Source: Chiloscyllium plagiosum
Taxonomy: Eukaryota
Assembly: GCF_004010195.1 (NCBI RefSeq)
Contig: NC_057719.1
Location: forward strand, 34,153,042-34,217,041
Direction of reading: 5' to 3'
DNA length: 64,000 bases
Shown piece after piece: positions 25,038 to 36,426 of this stretch. Every line of letters begins with the position of its first letter. Position 1 is the first letter of the stretch. Position numbers and translations under genes: made by a program. Under the pieces are notes generated by a model. It worked only from the letters and a program-made list of their open reading frames with translations. It searched no databases and was not told where the DNA came from.

Positions 25038-26653
25038 ATAAAGAACAAAGAAAATTTACAGCCCAGGAACAGGTTCTTTGGCCTTCCACGCCTGAGCCAA
25101 TCCAAATCTACTGTCCAAACCTATCGCCCAATTCCTAAACATCTGTATCCCTCTGCTCCCCACCTACTCATGCATCTGTCCAGACACATCTTAAATGAAT
25201 TTACTGAGCCTACTTCTACTACCTCTGCTGGCAATGCATTCTAGTCACCTACCACCCACTGTGTAAAGTAATTTCTGTGTGTATCCCCCTTAAACTTTTC
25301 ACCTCTCACCTTGAACGTGTGATCTCTTGTTATTGAATTCCTCACCTTGGGAAAAAGCTTATCTCTATCTACCCTGTCTATACCCTTCATGATTTTGGAG
25401 ACCTCAATCAGGTTCCCCCTCAATCTGCTTTTTTCTAATGAAGACAATCCTATCCTACTCAGCCTCTCTTCATAGCTAGCACCTTCCATACCTCGTAAAC
25501 CTTCTCTGCACCCTCTCCAAATCGTCCACATCCTTTTGGTAATGCGGCAACCAGAACTGTACACAGTATTCTAAAATTCAGCCAAACCAAAATCTTGTAC
25601 AATTTTAAGATGACCTGCTAGCTCTTATACTCAATACCCCATCCGATGAAGGCAAGCATACCGTATCACTTCTTGACCACTCTATCCATCTGTGCAGCCA
25701 TCTTCAAGGTACAATAGACCTGAACTCCCAGATCTCTCTGCTCATCAACTTTTCCCAAGGCTTTTCTGTTTATAGAATAATTGGCTCTAGATTTAGACTA
25801 CCCAAAATGCATCAGCTCACATTTGCCTGGACTGAACTCCATCTGCCATTTCTCCGATCAACTCTCCAGTCCGTCTATATTCTCCTGCATTCTTTGACAG
25901 TCCCCTATGTTTTCTGCTACTCCACCAATCTTCATGTCATCTGCCAACTTACTAATAGACCAACAATGCCCTCTTCCAGATCATTTGTGTATATCACAAA
26001 CAACAGTGGCCCCAGCACTGACCCCTGTGGAACACCACTGGTCACCTTTCTCCATTTCAAGAAAATCCCTTCAACTACTACTCTCTGTCTCCTGTTGTTT
26101 GACCAATTCTTTATCCAACCAGCTAGAACACCCTGCACACCATGTGACTTCACTTCCTCCATTAGTTTACCAGGGTAAACCTTATCAAACACCTTACTAA
26201 AACCCATGTATATGATATCTACATAATTCCTTCATCTATCAACTTGGTCACTTCCTCAAAGAACTCTATTAAGTTGGTAAGGCACGATCTCCCCCGCACA
26301 AAACCATGTTGCCTTTCATTGATAAGCCCATTCTTTTCCAAATATAAATAGATTTTATCCCTCAGTACCTTCTCCAGCGACTTTTCCACCACTGACATCA
26401 GGCTCACTGGTCTATAGTTAACGGGATTATCCCTACTGCCCTTTTTGTGCAGGGGAACAACATGAGCAACCACCCAGTCCTCCAGCACTTCACCTGTGTT
26501 TAAGGATGCTACAAAGATATCTGTCAGGGCCCCAGCTACTTCGTCTCTCACTTTCCTCAGCAACCTGAAATATATCCCCTGTGGTCCTGGGGATTTGTCC
26601 ACCTTAATATCCTTTAGCCTACCCAACACATCTTCCCTCCTTATGTCAACATG
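25038..26653 (-). mobile_element. Relatively young 5'-truncated CR1 LINE
   Basis: [65 protein letters not shown]; (TTCTTTG)-type tail. Confidence 0.92.
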
Positions 26654-26659
26654 AAATCT

Positions 26660-27105
26660 TTGACATGTTTGACCTCACCATACTCTTCCAACATCTCATT
26701 TCTGCAACCAGCTGGGTGGAAATGCTTTGACCTGGCTCTATTCTTATCCATTTAATCGCCACCAGAGAATCAATTACAGTGGATTCACTTTGTGCTGCTG
26801 CACCATTAGCTCTAGCATCCGCCGGGCTCTACTCTTGACCTCTCCTATTTCTTGTCTACATGCTGCAACTTGGTGACTACATTCAGGAACTCTGCCAGTT
26901 TACCCATATACACTAATGACATCCAACTTTCTATCACGGCCACCTTTCTCCATTCCTCCACTTTTGATAAATTATCAGACAGCATCTTTGACATCTAGGA
27001 ATTATGAGTATAAATCTCCTCCTATTAAACATTAGAAAGACTGAATTCATTGTCTCTGGTTTCCACTTCATTGTGTAGCTATCAGCTTCATCCCTCTCCC
27101 AGGTG
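26660..27105 (+). mobile_element. L2-type LINE remnant
   Basis: Degenerate W..SYLS.R.Q, LF..YML.LG, YTNDIQL and LNIRKTEFI segments. Confidence 0.55.
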
Positions 27106-27158
27106 CTATGAATAAGCTTCCATTATCATCATTTTCTGAGGACTCTTTTCTGAAAGAT

Positions 27159-28003
27159 TGTGATGATTGGTCCATTAAGGCTGCTGAAGAGACCTGAATA
27201 TATTTATATTTTAAAGCTCACTGAGGGACACGTCGGACACATTTATTTTAATGGACACTTCCTGGAAATCACATTTCTTCAGCTAACTGCATTGATTAAC
27301 TGGAAGCCACATGTCTCAGTTCTCACTGTCAGGACCATGATTGTTCAGGATTGTTTGGTACTATGTTGGGATGTAGCCTGTGAAGAGGTAAGACTCCCAG
27401 CCACTTTCCTCAGAATCTCATGTGCGAGCTGAAAAACAGATACAACTATTCTCCCTGAATGGCTTTGGGAAGACCTTGACATCTCCTGAATAAACTGCAT
27501 TTGAAGATCTCAGCGATAGTCCTCTGTGTCTAGAGACCCATCAACAACTACAAGGACATAAGAATTGCATCAATGTGGAACATTCCGTACTGCTAATGTC
27601 CTGTTATTTTCCTAGAACTAGCAAATGTTTAGCCCAACTATATATTTTTCCAAAGATCCTCTTTGTAGAGAAAGCTTTTTAATTTAGTTTTATTTAACTG
27701 GCGTGTGTCTGTGCATGTATATGTGTGTGTGGGTTATATGGTAAATATTTATACTGATGAAATTCAAACCATGTAAGTCAGATTTACATCTTCGTTGAGT
27801 AACTATTGTTATTATCATAATATTATCATATTTATATGATTCATAAAATACCCTAGTGGGCCCTCTTGTTCTGAACATGACATAGTTAAAATATATAATT
27901 AGTGACATTGGTGACTGCATAAAACATTGACAATTATGTTGTGATTAGTGAAGTGATGGGACTAGAGACAGACAGCACACCTTTCCATCATCAGTCAGAA
28001 TGC
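27159..28003 (+). mobile_element. Putative 5' LTR of a Gypsy-type element
   Basis: TG...CA ends, non-coding, immediately upstream of a gag-like start at ~28130. Confidence 0.4.
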
Positions 28004-28253
28004 AATATCTCAGGCTTGTCTCAGACAATCTAAAGCCAGAAACATCCAACTGGAAGCTATAATAATTGAAAAAGTTGAAAGGAATGACCCCCAGCGTTCT
28101 TGTGCATTACAATGAAGTTTATTCAAACAAAATTGTCTTGTCAGTTGCTATGATCTTTCTCGAGGTAGAAGCTTCCTTTCTAAGTGATTTCACAGAGTCC
28201 CATAAATCTGCTGCACAGAAAGAGGCCATTCAGCTCATTGTGCCATTCAGCTC

Positions 28254-28925
28254 ATGGGAGGTGATGGCCTAGTGATATTAGCACTTGATTGTTAATCTAG
28301 AGATCCAAGTAGAATTCTGGGAACCGGAATTCAAATCCCGTCATAATAGATGGTGGAATTTGAATTCCATAAAAGTCTAGAATTAAGAGTTTAATGATGA
28401 CCATGAGTTGAATGCTGGGAAAATCCCACCTGGTTCACTAATGTCCTTTAGGGAAGGAAACTGCTATCTTTACCTGGTCTGCTCTGTATGTGACTCCAGA
28501 CCCACAGCAATGTGGTTGATCTTAACTTACCTCTGGCCAATTCAGATTAGATTAGATTCCCTACAGTGTGGAAACAGGCCTTTCCGCCCAACAAGTCCAC
28601 ACCGCCCCTCCGAAGAGTAACCCACCCAGACCCATTCCCCTCTGACTAATGTACCTAACACTATGGGCAATTTAGCATGGCCAATTCACCTGACCTGCAC
28701 ATTTTTGGACTGTGGGAGGAAACCGGAGCACCGAAAGAAACCCATGCAGACGCGGGGAGGATGTGCAAACTCCACACTGACAGTTGCCCGAGGCTGGAAT
28801 TGAACCTGGGACCCTGGTGCTGTGAAGCAGCAGTGCTAACCACTGAGCCACCGTGCCACCATGGATGGACAATAAATGCTTGCCTACCCAGGAACACCCT
28901 CATTCTATGAATGAATTTTTAAAAT
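28254..28925 (+). mobile_element. tRNA-derived SINE (second family), interrupted by HE1
   Basis: GGTGATGGCCTAGTG head, TTCAAATCCC B-box, GGTTCACTAATGTCCTTTAGGGAAGGAAA core shared with 11535-11765. Confidence 0.65.
28545..28860 (-). mobile_element. Young HE1-type SINE
   Basis: (ATTAG)n tail, CpG-retaining body, GGTGGCACGGTGGCTCAGTGGTTAGCAC head on - strand. Confidence 0.9.
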
Positions 28926-30166
28926 ATCATTATCTATTTTTCTACTTTCCTGCTTTTCCTCCATATCCTTGCACTTTTTTTTAACCAAACAATCACCCAA
29001 AGCCTTCTTGAATGCCTCAATTGAACCTGTCACTGCCATACTTCCAGGCAGTGTATCCTATAGTTTAACTACTTGCTAAGTGAAAAAAATATTTTTCCTC
29101 ACTTCACCCTCTCCTATTTTCAAAATCTCTTTAAATCTATGTCCTCTTATTGTTGGTCCTTTTATGAGCAGGAACAATTTCTCCCAATTTACTATATGAA
29201 TTTGCAAATCTCTATCAAATCTCCTCTCAGCCTTCTTTTCCTCAAGGAGAACTTTAATCTATCCTCAGCATTGAATTTTCTCATTCCTCAATCCATTCTT
29301 ATAAACTCTGTCCAATATATTCACATTGTTTCGATAACGTGACATCCAGTACTGTCTACAATAATCCAGGTGAGCCAAAATTTTTGACTGACTCTCCAAC
29401 ATCTGCAGTCCTCACTTTCTCTCTCTCTCTCTCTCATACTGAGTACCCCATCAAAAAATTGAGGATACTTTATGCTTTACTTTTGTTTTGCTTTCAATGT
29501 GCTTCCCACCAAAATGCATCGCCTCACACTTTTCTGCATTGAAACACATCTGTCACCAATTTCCCTTCTCTACCAATTTGTCTATGCCCATCTGGTTAAC
29601 CCTGATAGCATTTGCATTAAAATTGGAGGTGGAATTGAAAATCAGGGTTTTGAAAGTAGACATAATTGAGGTAATAGTGAAGAATCTGTAATTACAAGAA
29701 ATCCAAACGGTAACTCAATTGAATTAGCTGGAGTTCAGCTAAAGATGAAGCTGCTTGAAATAGAAAAACAAATGAATAAACATTAACTTCAGGGACAGGA
29801 AATAGAAAAAGTATTTTAGACAAAGGAAAAGAAAAGACAAAGAGAATCACAAAGGGGGGGGGGAGAATAAATGAAGCTGGAGAGATTATAGAGATAGAAT
29901 TTAAGAAAAAGGTTCCTGAGACTCTGCAGCAACTTCTGATGAGGAAATATCTAATTCCAACCCAAGACGCAGTAGAAACCTGTTTAAATTTGTTCAAGCC
30001 CTTCTGAGATTTGATGTTATATAAACATTTTGTGTTTCTTTTAAAAAGGTAGCTGAACCCTCACCCGATTGCACATTTCCAGAAACTGATGAACGATTGG
30101 TTTCTAATTGTATGGTTAACCTTGACAATGGGCTGTTATATCATGACACTTGGAAGAGCCACCCAG

Positions 30167-30291
30167 GAGGAGAAAGTGAGGTCTGCAGACGCTGGAGATC
30201 AAAGCTGAAACTTTATTGCTGGAACAGCACAGCAGGTCAGGCAGCATCTAGGGAACAGAAGATTCGACGTTTCGGGCACATGCCCTTCTTC
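30167..30291 (-). mobile_element. Family A element ending in the hammerhead core
   Basis: 13-bp TSD AAGAGCCACCCAG (30154-30166 / 30292-30304); reverse complement TGAAGA-A-GGGCA TG TGCCC-GAAA-CGTC-GAATC. Confidence 0.9.
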
Positions 30292-30459
30292 AAGAGCCAC
30301 CCAGAACAACTAGAAGCCCTGACTGGAAAATTGCAGTCTGAAGATTTGGTGATAAACCTTGCCAGAAGTAACTTTACAAAACCACAGGTAATCTATTTCA
30401 TGTGTAGAGTAGAACATAGACAAGTGCTGGCAAGAATGAATGATGAATGATGAATAACG

Positions 30460-31260
30460 ATTGATTTATTTATTGTCACTTGCATTTTATAGTGAACAAT
30501 ACAGTAAAACACAGTGAAAATCTTCCACAGTCACCACAATCCAGTTCAATTTTAAATAGTTTAAGAATAAAAAGGATAAAATATATAACTGAAAGAGAGC
30601 CCTGAGCTAGCTCACCGACAGCATCTGCACCACCACCCCTTCTCCACTGCTCAGCCACTGTCTGCACCAGACTCACCAACGTGGGGGTCACCATTCCTTA
30701 GGTACCATCTCTTCATTGCTAGGGCCACCTTGCCAAGGCCACCATTGAGCCAAGTCCCATGCTCAAGCCACACTCAACCCGCAACCAGGAGTGCCCACTC
30801 TGCTACTGCCTCGATGATGTCAGGAGTCCTGGCTCCAGGCATACCACACTGCCACTGCTGCAGCCAACCCTTCGCCAAGGCAAGGGAGTCACTGCTTTAG
30901 TCCTTCTACAACCGGGAATCCCTGGCTTTGCTGCCAAGCCAAGCCACCACCATTGTCTTGCCAAGAGTCCCTCCATCATCCAAGATGTCACCTTGCTGAA
31001 ACCACTCTCTTGAAAAGTCCATTGCCACCTTTGCTCCAACCACTGGGAGGAGCCGCCATTTTGCAATTGCCCACTCTCATTGCCATGCCAATTTCGCCAA
31101 CTAACCTGGCACAAAGGTTTCAAAGGAAAGAAAAACAAAAAAAAAGGAAGAAAAGGAGCAGTACAAAAAAAAGGGAAAACAAAGAAAGCATGTGGGAGTG
31201 AATGAGGCCTGGGCAAGAGCCCACATGTAGTCCTACAAACACGACTGGAACTCCCAGCCG
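30460..31260 (-). mobile_element. Unclassified retroposon related to 18040-18480
   Basis: Same layout: tail, GC-richer body, A-rich tract. Confidence 0.45.
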
Positions 31261-31369
31261 GTATGGCTAAATGATCAATTATAAAGACATCTGTGGGAAT
31301 GTGTGGTTTCTATCATAGGTTATACCAAACGGTAGCGTGATCAGGGGAGTTCAAAGCATCCCTTGGGAG

Positions 31370-31785
31370 GCTGAAAGCAACTTTGATCAATGTTGGCTGT
31401 CCCCAAATTTCACTGAACCCTTCAAAATAACAATTGTTACTAAAAACCTGGGAGTAGGTACAATCCTGTTACAATAGTATGGTTCAGGCATAAAGAATCC
31501 TGTGGGAGATAAAGCTAAATTAGCAACAAAAGAGATATTCTTCAGCGAAGAATAAATTCCCTGGGGTTTGCTGATGGCTCTAAAACATTTTGAAGTGCAT
31601 GTCCATCTCATCAATGGACAGATAGTGATATATACTGATCATAAACTCTTAGCCTCTGTGGGAAGATGCTAAAAACCACATGTGAGATTCTTTCAATGAA
31701 TTTACAGAACAGCCCTATCAAGTAAAAAATGTCCATAAAGCAGGAAAGACCAATATAATTACTTGTGCTTTGGGTGGAATTTAAT
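31370..31785 (+). pseudogene. Gypsy pol RNase H remnant
   Basis: EPFKITI..LGVGTILLQ, LGLLMALKHFEVH..IVIYTDHKLL, HKAGKTNIITCAL. Confidence 0.75.
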
Positions 31786-32091
31786 TTTACTATGAATTAT
31801 CTGAGTACCAAGATTCTACCAGGCATAACCATTTTCATTACCTGCAAAAAAAGGAAGAGAATAAGCAGGCTAAATGAGATTTTTTTGTCTATATTTTGCT
31901 TTGTTCACTCTTTATAATGAAGTATATTTAAAGGTGATATTTCATTTTCCAAGTTAGAGGTATTAAGAAAGTGTTCCATTTGTATTTTGTCAGCACCTAA
32001 GTCTGAAAGTTTGTGAAAATTTGTTCACTTGAGGTACTTAAGAAAAAAAAACCTGGTACTTAACATGTTGATGTTCAGTTGATATCTGGTA

Positions 32092-32324
32092 CAGGTTGTT
32101 CTCCTATAACATGCGTTTCTTTACTGCAAATTTGATGGAATGTGATTGACGAATTAGGACATTGTTTCTAAAGCGCAAACATTGTACTAGCTGTAACACA
32201 AAATATGTACTAGCTGTAACATAATTACACCACCAAGAATTTAAACGCTATTTCTAAAGCACGATTTTTCTGTAACACAGGGTTGCACAAGAACACAACC
32301 ATCGCACTATAGAAAATCTACCTG
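32092..32324. mobile_element. Tc1/mariner (pogo/Tigger-like) MITE
   Basis: TA|CAGGTTGTTCTCCTATA ... CTATAGAAAATCTACCTG|TA: imperfect TIRs with TA TSD. Confidence 0.7.
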
Positions 32325-32419
32325 TATAAGAAAGTTGGCAGAATGGTTGAGAAACAAGCTAGAAAACTGCAAAGGAAATATGTAATGCTAACCTCACGTC
32401 AATATCCAACTGAATACCC

Positions 32420-32622
32420 AGTTCAAAGATTTGCAGGTTAGGTGGATTGGCCACACTAAATTGCACAAAGTATCCAGGGATGTGTAGGTTAAGTGGATTA
32501 GCCATGGAAAATGCAGAGTTACAGGAATGAGGTGGGTCTTGGTGGGATGCTCTTTAGATGGTTGATGTTGACTCGATGGGCAGAATGGCCTGCTTCCACG
32601 CTTTAGGGATTCTATGACTCTA
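32420..32622 (+). mobile_element. 5'-truncated HE1-type SINE
   Basis: CAAAGATTTGCAGGTTAGGTGGATTGGCC ... (CTATGACT) tail. Confidence 0.75.
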
Positions 32623-32704
32623 TGAATAGCAGCTGCATTCATCACACAAGACCATCATTCAAAATCACTTACAATCACAGAATTGATAGCAGACATTATA
32701 CAGA

Positions 32705-33168
32705 AACATAGAAAATAGAAGCAGGAGTGGGCCGCTTGGCCCTTTGAGTCTGCTCCACCATTCATATGATCATGGCTAATGATCCAACTTCATACCTTGT
32801 CCCACGGCCTTTGATTCCTTTACCCATAAGAAGTATGTCTAACTCTTTCCTGAAAGCATTCAATGCTTTAGCCTCAACTGCTTTCCGTTGCAAAGAATTC
32901 CACAGGCTCATTATTTTCTGGGTGAAGAAATTTCTCATTATCTTGGACCTCAACACACTATCCTGTACCCTTCAATTGTGACCCTTGGTTCTGGACTCCA
33001 TGCTCATCAGGGACATCTTTCCTGTGTTTACCCTGTCTACTCCTGTTAGAATGCTATGCGTTCCTATGAGACCCTCCTCATTATTCTAAACTCCAGTAAA
33101 TATTGTCCTAACCAAACCAGTCACTCTTCATATGGCAGTCGTGTTTTCCCAGGAATCAGGCTGGTAAA
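32705..33168 (-). mobile_element. CR1 3' end
   Basis: RNFFTQKIMSLWNSL..AVEAKALNAFRKELD. Confidence 0.8.
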
Positions 33169-34693
33169 AGATAGCAGTAGAAGAATATGAGAGGTTGAAA
33201 TCTGGGAAAGTTTTAAGGAATTTTGGAAAATAATGAGTGTCATATAGCAGGGAGGAATAATGGGTGACATGCAGGTTGCAAGCTCAAGGCAGCTGAACAG
33301 TTTAACAGCATTGGTGTGATTATGCAGGTATCAATATTAAATTCTAAGCACTAAAGGCAAAGAAATGTAAGACAAATTTATTCTGTAGCTAATAATGGAT
33401 TGGTCTCACAAGTTAAAAGTTATTTTGGCAAGTTTATTTAATGATTGCGGGGCATTGAAGTGAAGAGAAATGTATCATAGAGTTAGTAAAATTTCATGGA
33501 ACTGTGGACCAGACATTTTATCACTTTTCTCTAAATATCTAAATGAGTAAGGATATGTTGAAGCCTTTAAGATCACTAATCAGCTCCCATGCATATTAGT
33601 ATATCCTCTTTAACTGTTGTATTGAAGTGTCTAATTAAACTGCAAAAGATTAAAGCATAAAGGTGTTATTTCAATTTCATTAAAGTGAAACTTATCTTGG
33701 AGTGAAGTGCACTAATATGCTTGAAATTGCTAAATTATTCATGCATGAACTGCAAAAAATAATCAATTAGTGGAATCACCATCTCATATTAAACCTTTCA
33801 TGTGTCTTTCCAGAATTAAACCTGAACTAACTAGCTTTATATAGTTTAAATCCCAAATAATTAATAGCAAAAACTGAGTCATCTTTTAATGTACATTGGG
33901 CCAAAAATTACCTCCTCCATTGGCAGAATTCCCAGTTGCCAATACTCAAAGATACAAACTGAGAAGGACATTTCCATGGATAAGCTGAGACCCATACTTT
34001 TAATAGAGATTCAGTCACACTTGAGCCATGATGTCTCTACAAAGTGGACTGACATACCTCTGTTCGACTTCAGATTTGTCCTTCTTGAATCAAAGGTAAG
34101 CAATAAGTTTCAGAATTTTCAGGAGAGGTTTGGTTCACCATCTGAAAATGCTAGTTTTGATCTGTTAACATCTAGGAATTCAGGATTGTTGACTTATAGT
34201 AGCATGAGAGAGAATATGAGGGTCCCGTGAAGGACAATGTTGTCATTTCAATGTTCCAGCGAAGAATGAGGACAGTACAACCAGGAATTAGGTCTTAACA
34301 GCAGAACATGGCTCCCATGGTGCACTGGTTTCAAAACTGACCCGAAAGTGCACAACTAGGAGATGCTGGAGAAGGGAGGAGAGGAAAGATAGGGACAGTG
34401 GTCTGGGAGTTGGGAAAAGCTTGAACACTTGAAGAAAAGATAAAGGCACTTGGAATTTGATAGCTGTTTATAATTCCCAGTCATGGTCACATATTTAACC
34501 TGAAAAAAGGAGATTTAACTTTCCACCAATACGTCAATTAGCTGGTTATAAAATAACAATTAACTAATTGATTTTTATACTCCATTCATCACGTAATGAC
34601 AGACTTAGATTTGGAATTTAAAGAGAGAAAACGCAACCTTTTTACTGAAGTTTTTGTCAAATCTCCATTCATTGTGATAACTATCTACACTGA

Positions 34694-34777
34694 GGAGAAA
34701 GTGAGGACTGCAGATGCTGGAGATCAGAGCTGAAAAATCTGTTGCTGGAAAAGCGCTTTTCCAGCAACACAGTTTTC
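34694..34777. mobile_element. Minimal fold-back family A insertion
   Basis: 14-bp TSD ACTATCTACACTGA (34680-34693 / 34778-34791); perfect palindrome TGTTGCTGGAAAAGCGCTTTTCCAGCAACA. Confidence 0.9.
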
Positions 34778-34821
34778 ACTATCTACACTGAACCTAGCAG
34801 CCAAAAACAAATGACTACCAT

Positions 34822-35260
34822 TGTGTCCATAAATCACAGGCTATATCCATATGTATCCTTACATATAGATGAGGAAGGACACCACTTCAACTGGGACAAC
34901 ACATCTATCCTCGGACAAACCAAACAGAGACATACACGAGAATTCTTTGAAGCATGACATTCCAACTGGAACTCTATCAACAAACACATTGATTTGGATC
35001 CCATTTACCACCCCCTGAGAAAAAGAACAGGAAATGACATCACCATGGGAAAAAATGTAACCACAGGAAATGACATCACCAACCGTAGGAAACTCAAACA
35101 TGTAAATAGAAAGCGGGCTACACAAGCAGTGCTTCATTCAGAGGCTCACTGAAGATGTTACCTAGTATGGTGATGAAATGTCTGAAAATGAACTTTCCAG
35201 CTCAGCAAGAAAACCTACATCCAGAACCTCAGCCTAAGCTGCAAATCTTCTCAAAACTCC
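34822..35260 (+). mobile_element. Penelope/Poseidon-like PLE 3' end (family C)
   Basis: GIY-YIG C-terminal segment HHFNWDNTSILGQTKQRHTREFFEA*HSNWNSINKHIDLDPIY followed by a hammerhead. Confidence 0.8.
35146..35185 (+). ncRNA. Minimal hammerhead ribozyme (family C)
   Basis: TCA-CTGAAGA-T-GTTACC TAGTAT GGTGAT-GAAA-TGTC-TGA; the two deviations are consistent with CpG decay. Confidence 0.7.
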
Positions 35261-35560
35261 CACGCCAAATCATTGATGATAAAATACTTCTGTTTTGCGT
35301 GATGATGTGAAAGGCATAAAATTCCATGCAGTTAATTGTTCTGGATTTGCATCAATGAGGTCGGATTTGTGCCAGACTCACCATTATTTACAGTAGAAAA
35401 CAGATTGAAATGCCCATTGATTGTTCTCCAGCCCAAACCCATGTGCTTAGCTCAGGAGGTTGAGCTCAGCCAGCTGCACTGGGATGCATCCATGTGACTC
35501 TATGCCATTTCATTTAGAAAGGCTTCCAAAAGGAACTGTCGGACAGAGCTGATGAAAAGT

Positions 35561-35778
35561 TAAAAACATCACACAACATCAGGTTATAGTCCAACAGGTT
35601 TATTTGGAAGCACTAGCTTTCAAAGTGCAGCTCCTTTATCAGGTGCTTCATCAGGCACCACCTGATGAAGAAGCAGAGCTTCGAAAGCTAGAGCCTCCAC
35701 ATAAACCTGTTGGACTATAACCTGGTGTTGTATGATATTTAACTTTGTCCACCCCATTCTAACACCAGCACCTCCAAA
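35561..35778. mobile_element. Family B inverted-repeat element; hammerhead 35659-35693 (+)
   Basis: TSD TGATGAAAAGT (35550-35560 / 35779-35789); CAC-CTGATGA-A-GAAGC AGA GCTTC-GAAA-GCTA. Confidence 0.85.
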
Positions 35779-36347
35779 TGATGAAAAGTAAGGCAGAGAC
35801 AATAGTCACATATTTCCTGGATGGCAACAAGTCTATAACCCCAAATTTAAGAATTACATGATAAAATCCTTCACAGTTATGGTTAACCACAGTCATCAAC
35901 TTTGTGTTTTAAAATGTTTTACCATTACCACACCCCTCCCTTCCCCACCCCTTCAGCAGAACCTACCTGACCAGAAAAACATTTTGATAATAGCAATACC
36001 ACCAGACAGCTTACATCAAGTGTCCAACGCCATGTTTGAGATAGCTATGAGCATTCACCTAATTCATTCATTGTTATCCCTGGGAAATCTAGCACACAAT
36101 CCCATGGAAAGCAAAACATCTGAGGGAACTCCCCTGCCATTATGGTCTCATTCCTTAAATGATGTTGCTAGAGAGGGACTTTATTCCAACCAGTGAAACT
36201 GATAAAGTCAATGGTGTTAGCTTGGGGTCTCACACATGCACAGTTATTCTAGCATCTCTGTGCAGACACTCTCAACCATATGCTCCTTGTACACCTTACT
36301 CTATCTAGTTAATCCTAAGGGTGTTAATTCCTGTTTTGTTCCTTAAG

Positions 36348-36426
36348 ATCCATCACAGCAGCAGGGATCAATGAATAAGCATCAGGAGGAGGATAATGAT
36401 GAACAGAAGGAGGACATCTTCACCAG
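36348..36426 (+). other. Candidate 79-bp exon
   Basis: Acceptor CTGTTTTGTTCCTTAAG|, donor CAG|GTAAGA; open as PSQQQGSMNKHQEEDNDEQKEDIFT. Confidence 0.3.

Larger units (their letters stand above)
28195..29597 (-). mobile_element. Decayed CR1 3' part with nested SINEs
   Basis: CR1 3' UTR-like start (CAGAAAGAGGCCATTCAGC) and TCTATCAAATCTCCTCTCAGCCTTCT (reverse complement of RRLRGDLIE). Confidence 0.65.
28130..30057 (+). pseudogene. Gypsy gag N-terminus remnant, split by insertions (28130-28195 and 29600-30057)
   Basis: VLSVAMIFLEVE ... LIAFALKLEVEL..KVDIIEVIVKNL, E/K-rich coil, FKFVQALLRFD..FCVSFKKVA resembling the gag P.F.E.DV..FF..FE.VA motif. Confidence 0.55.

Noticed and set aside
28004..28025. 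Possible tRNA-Pro primer-binding site after the putative LTR
   Set aside because: Only GGCTTGTC resembles the expected sequence; too degenerate to call
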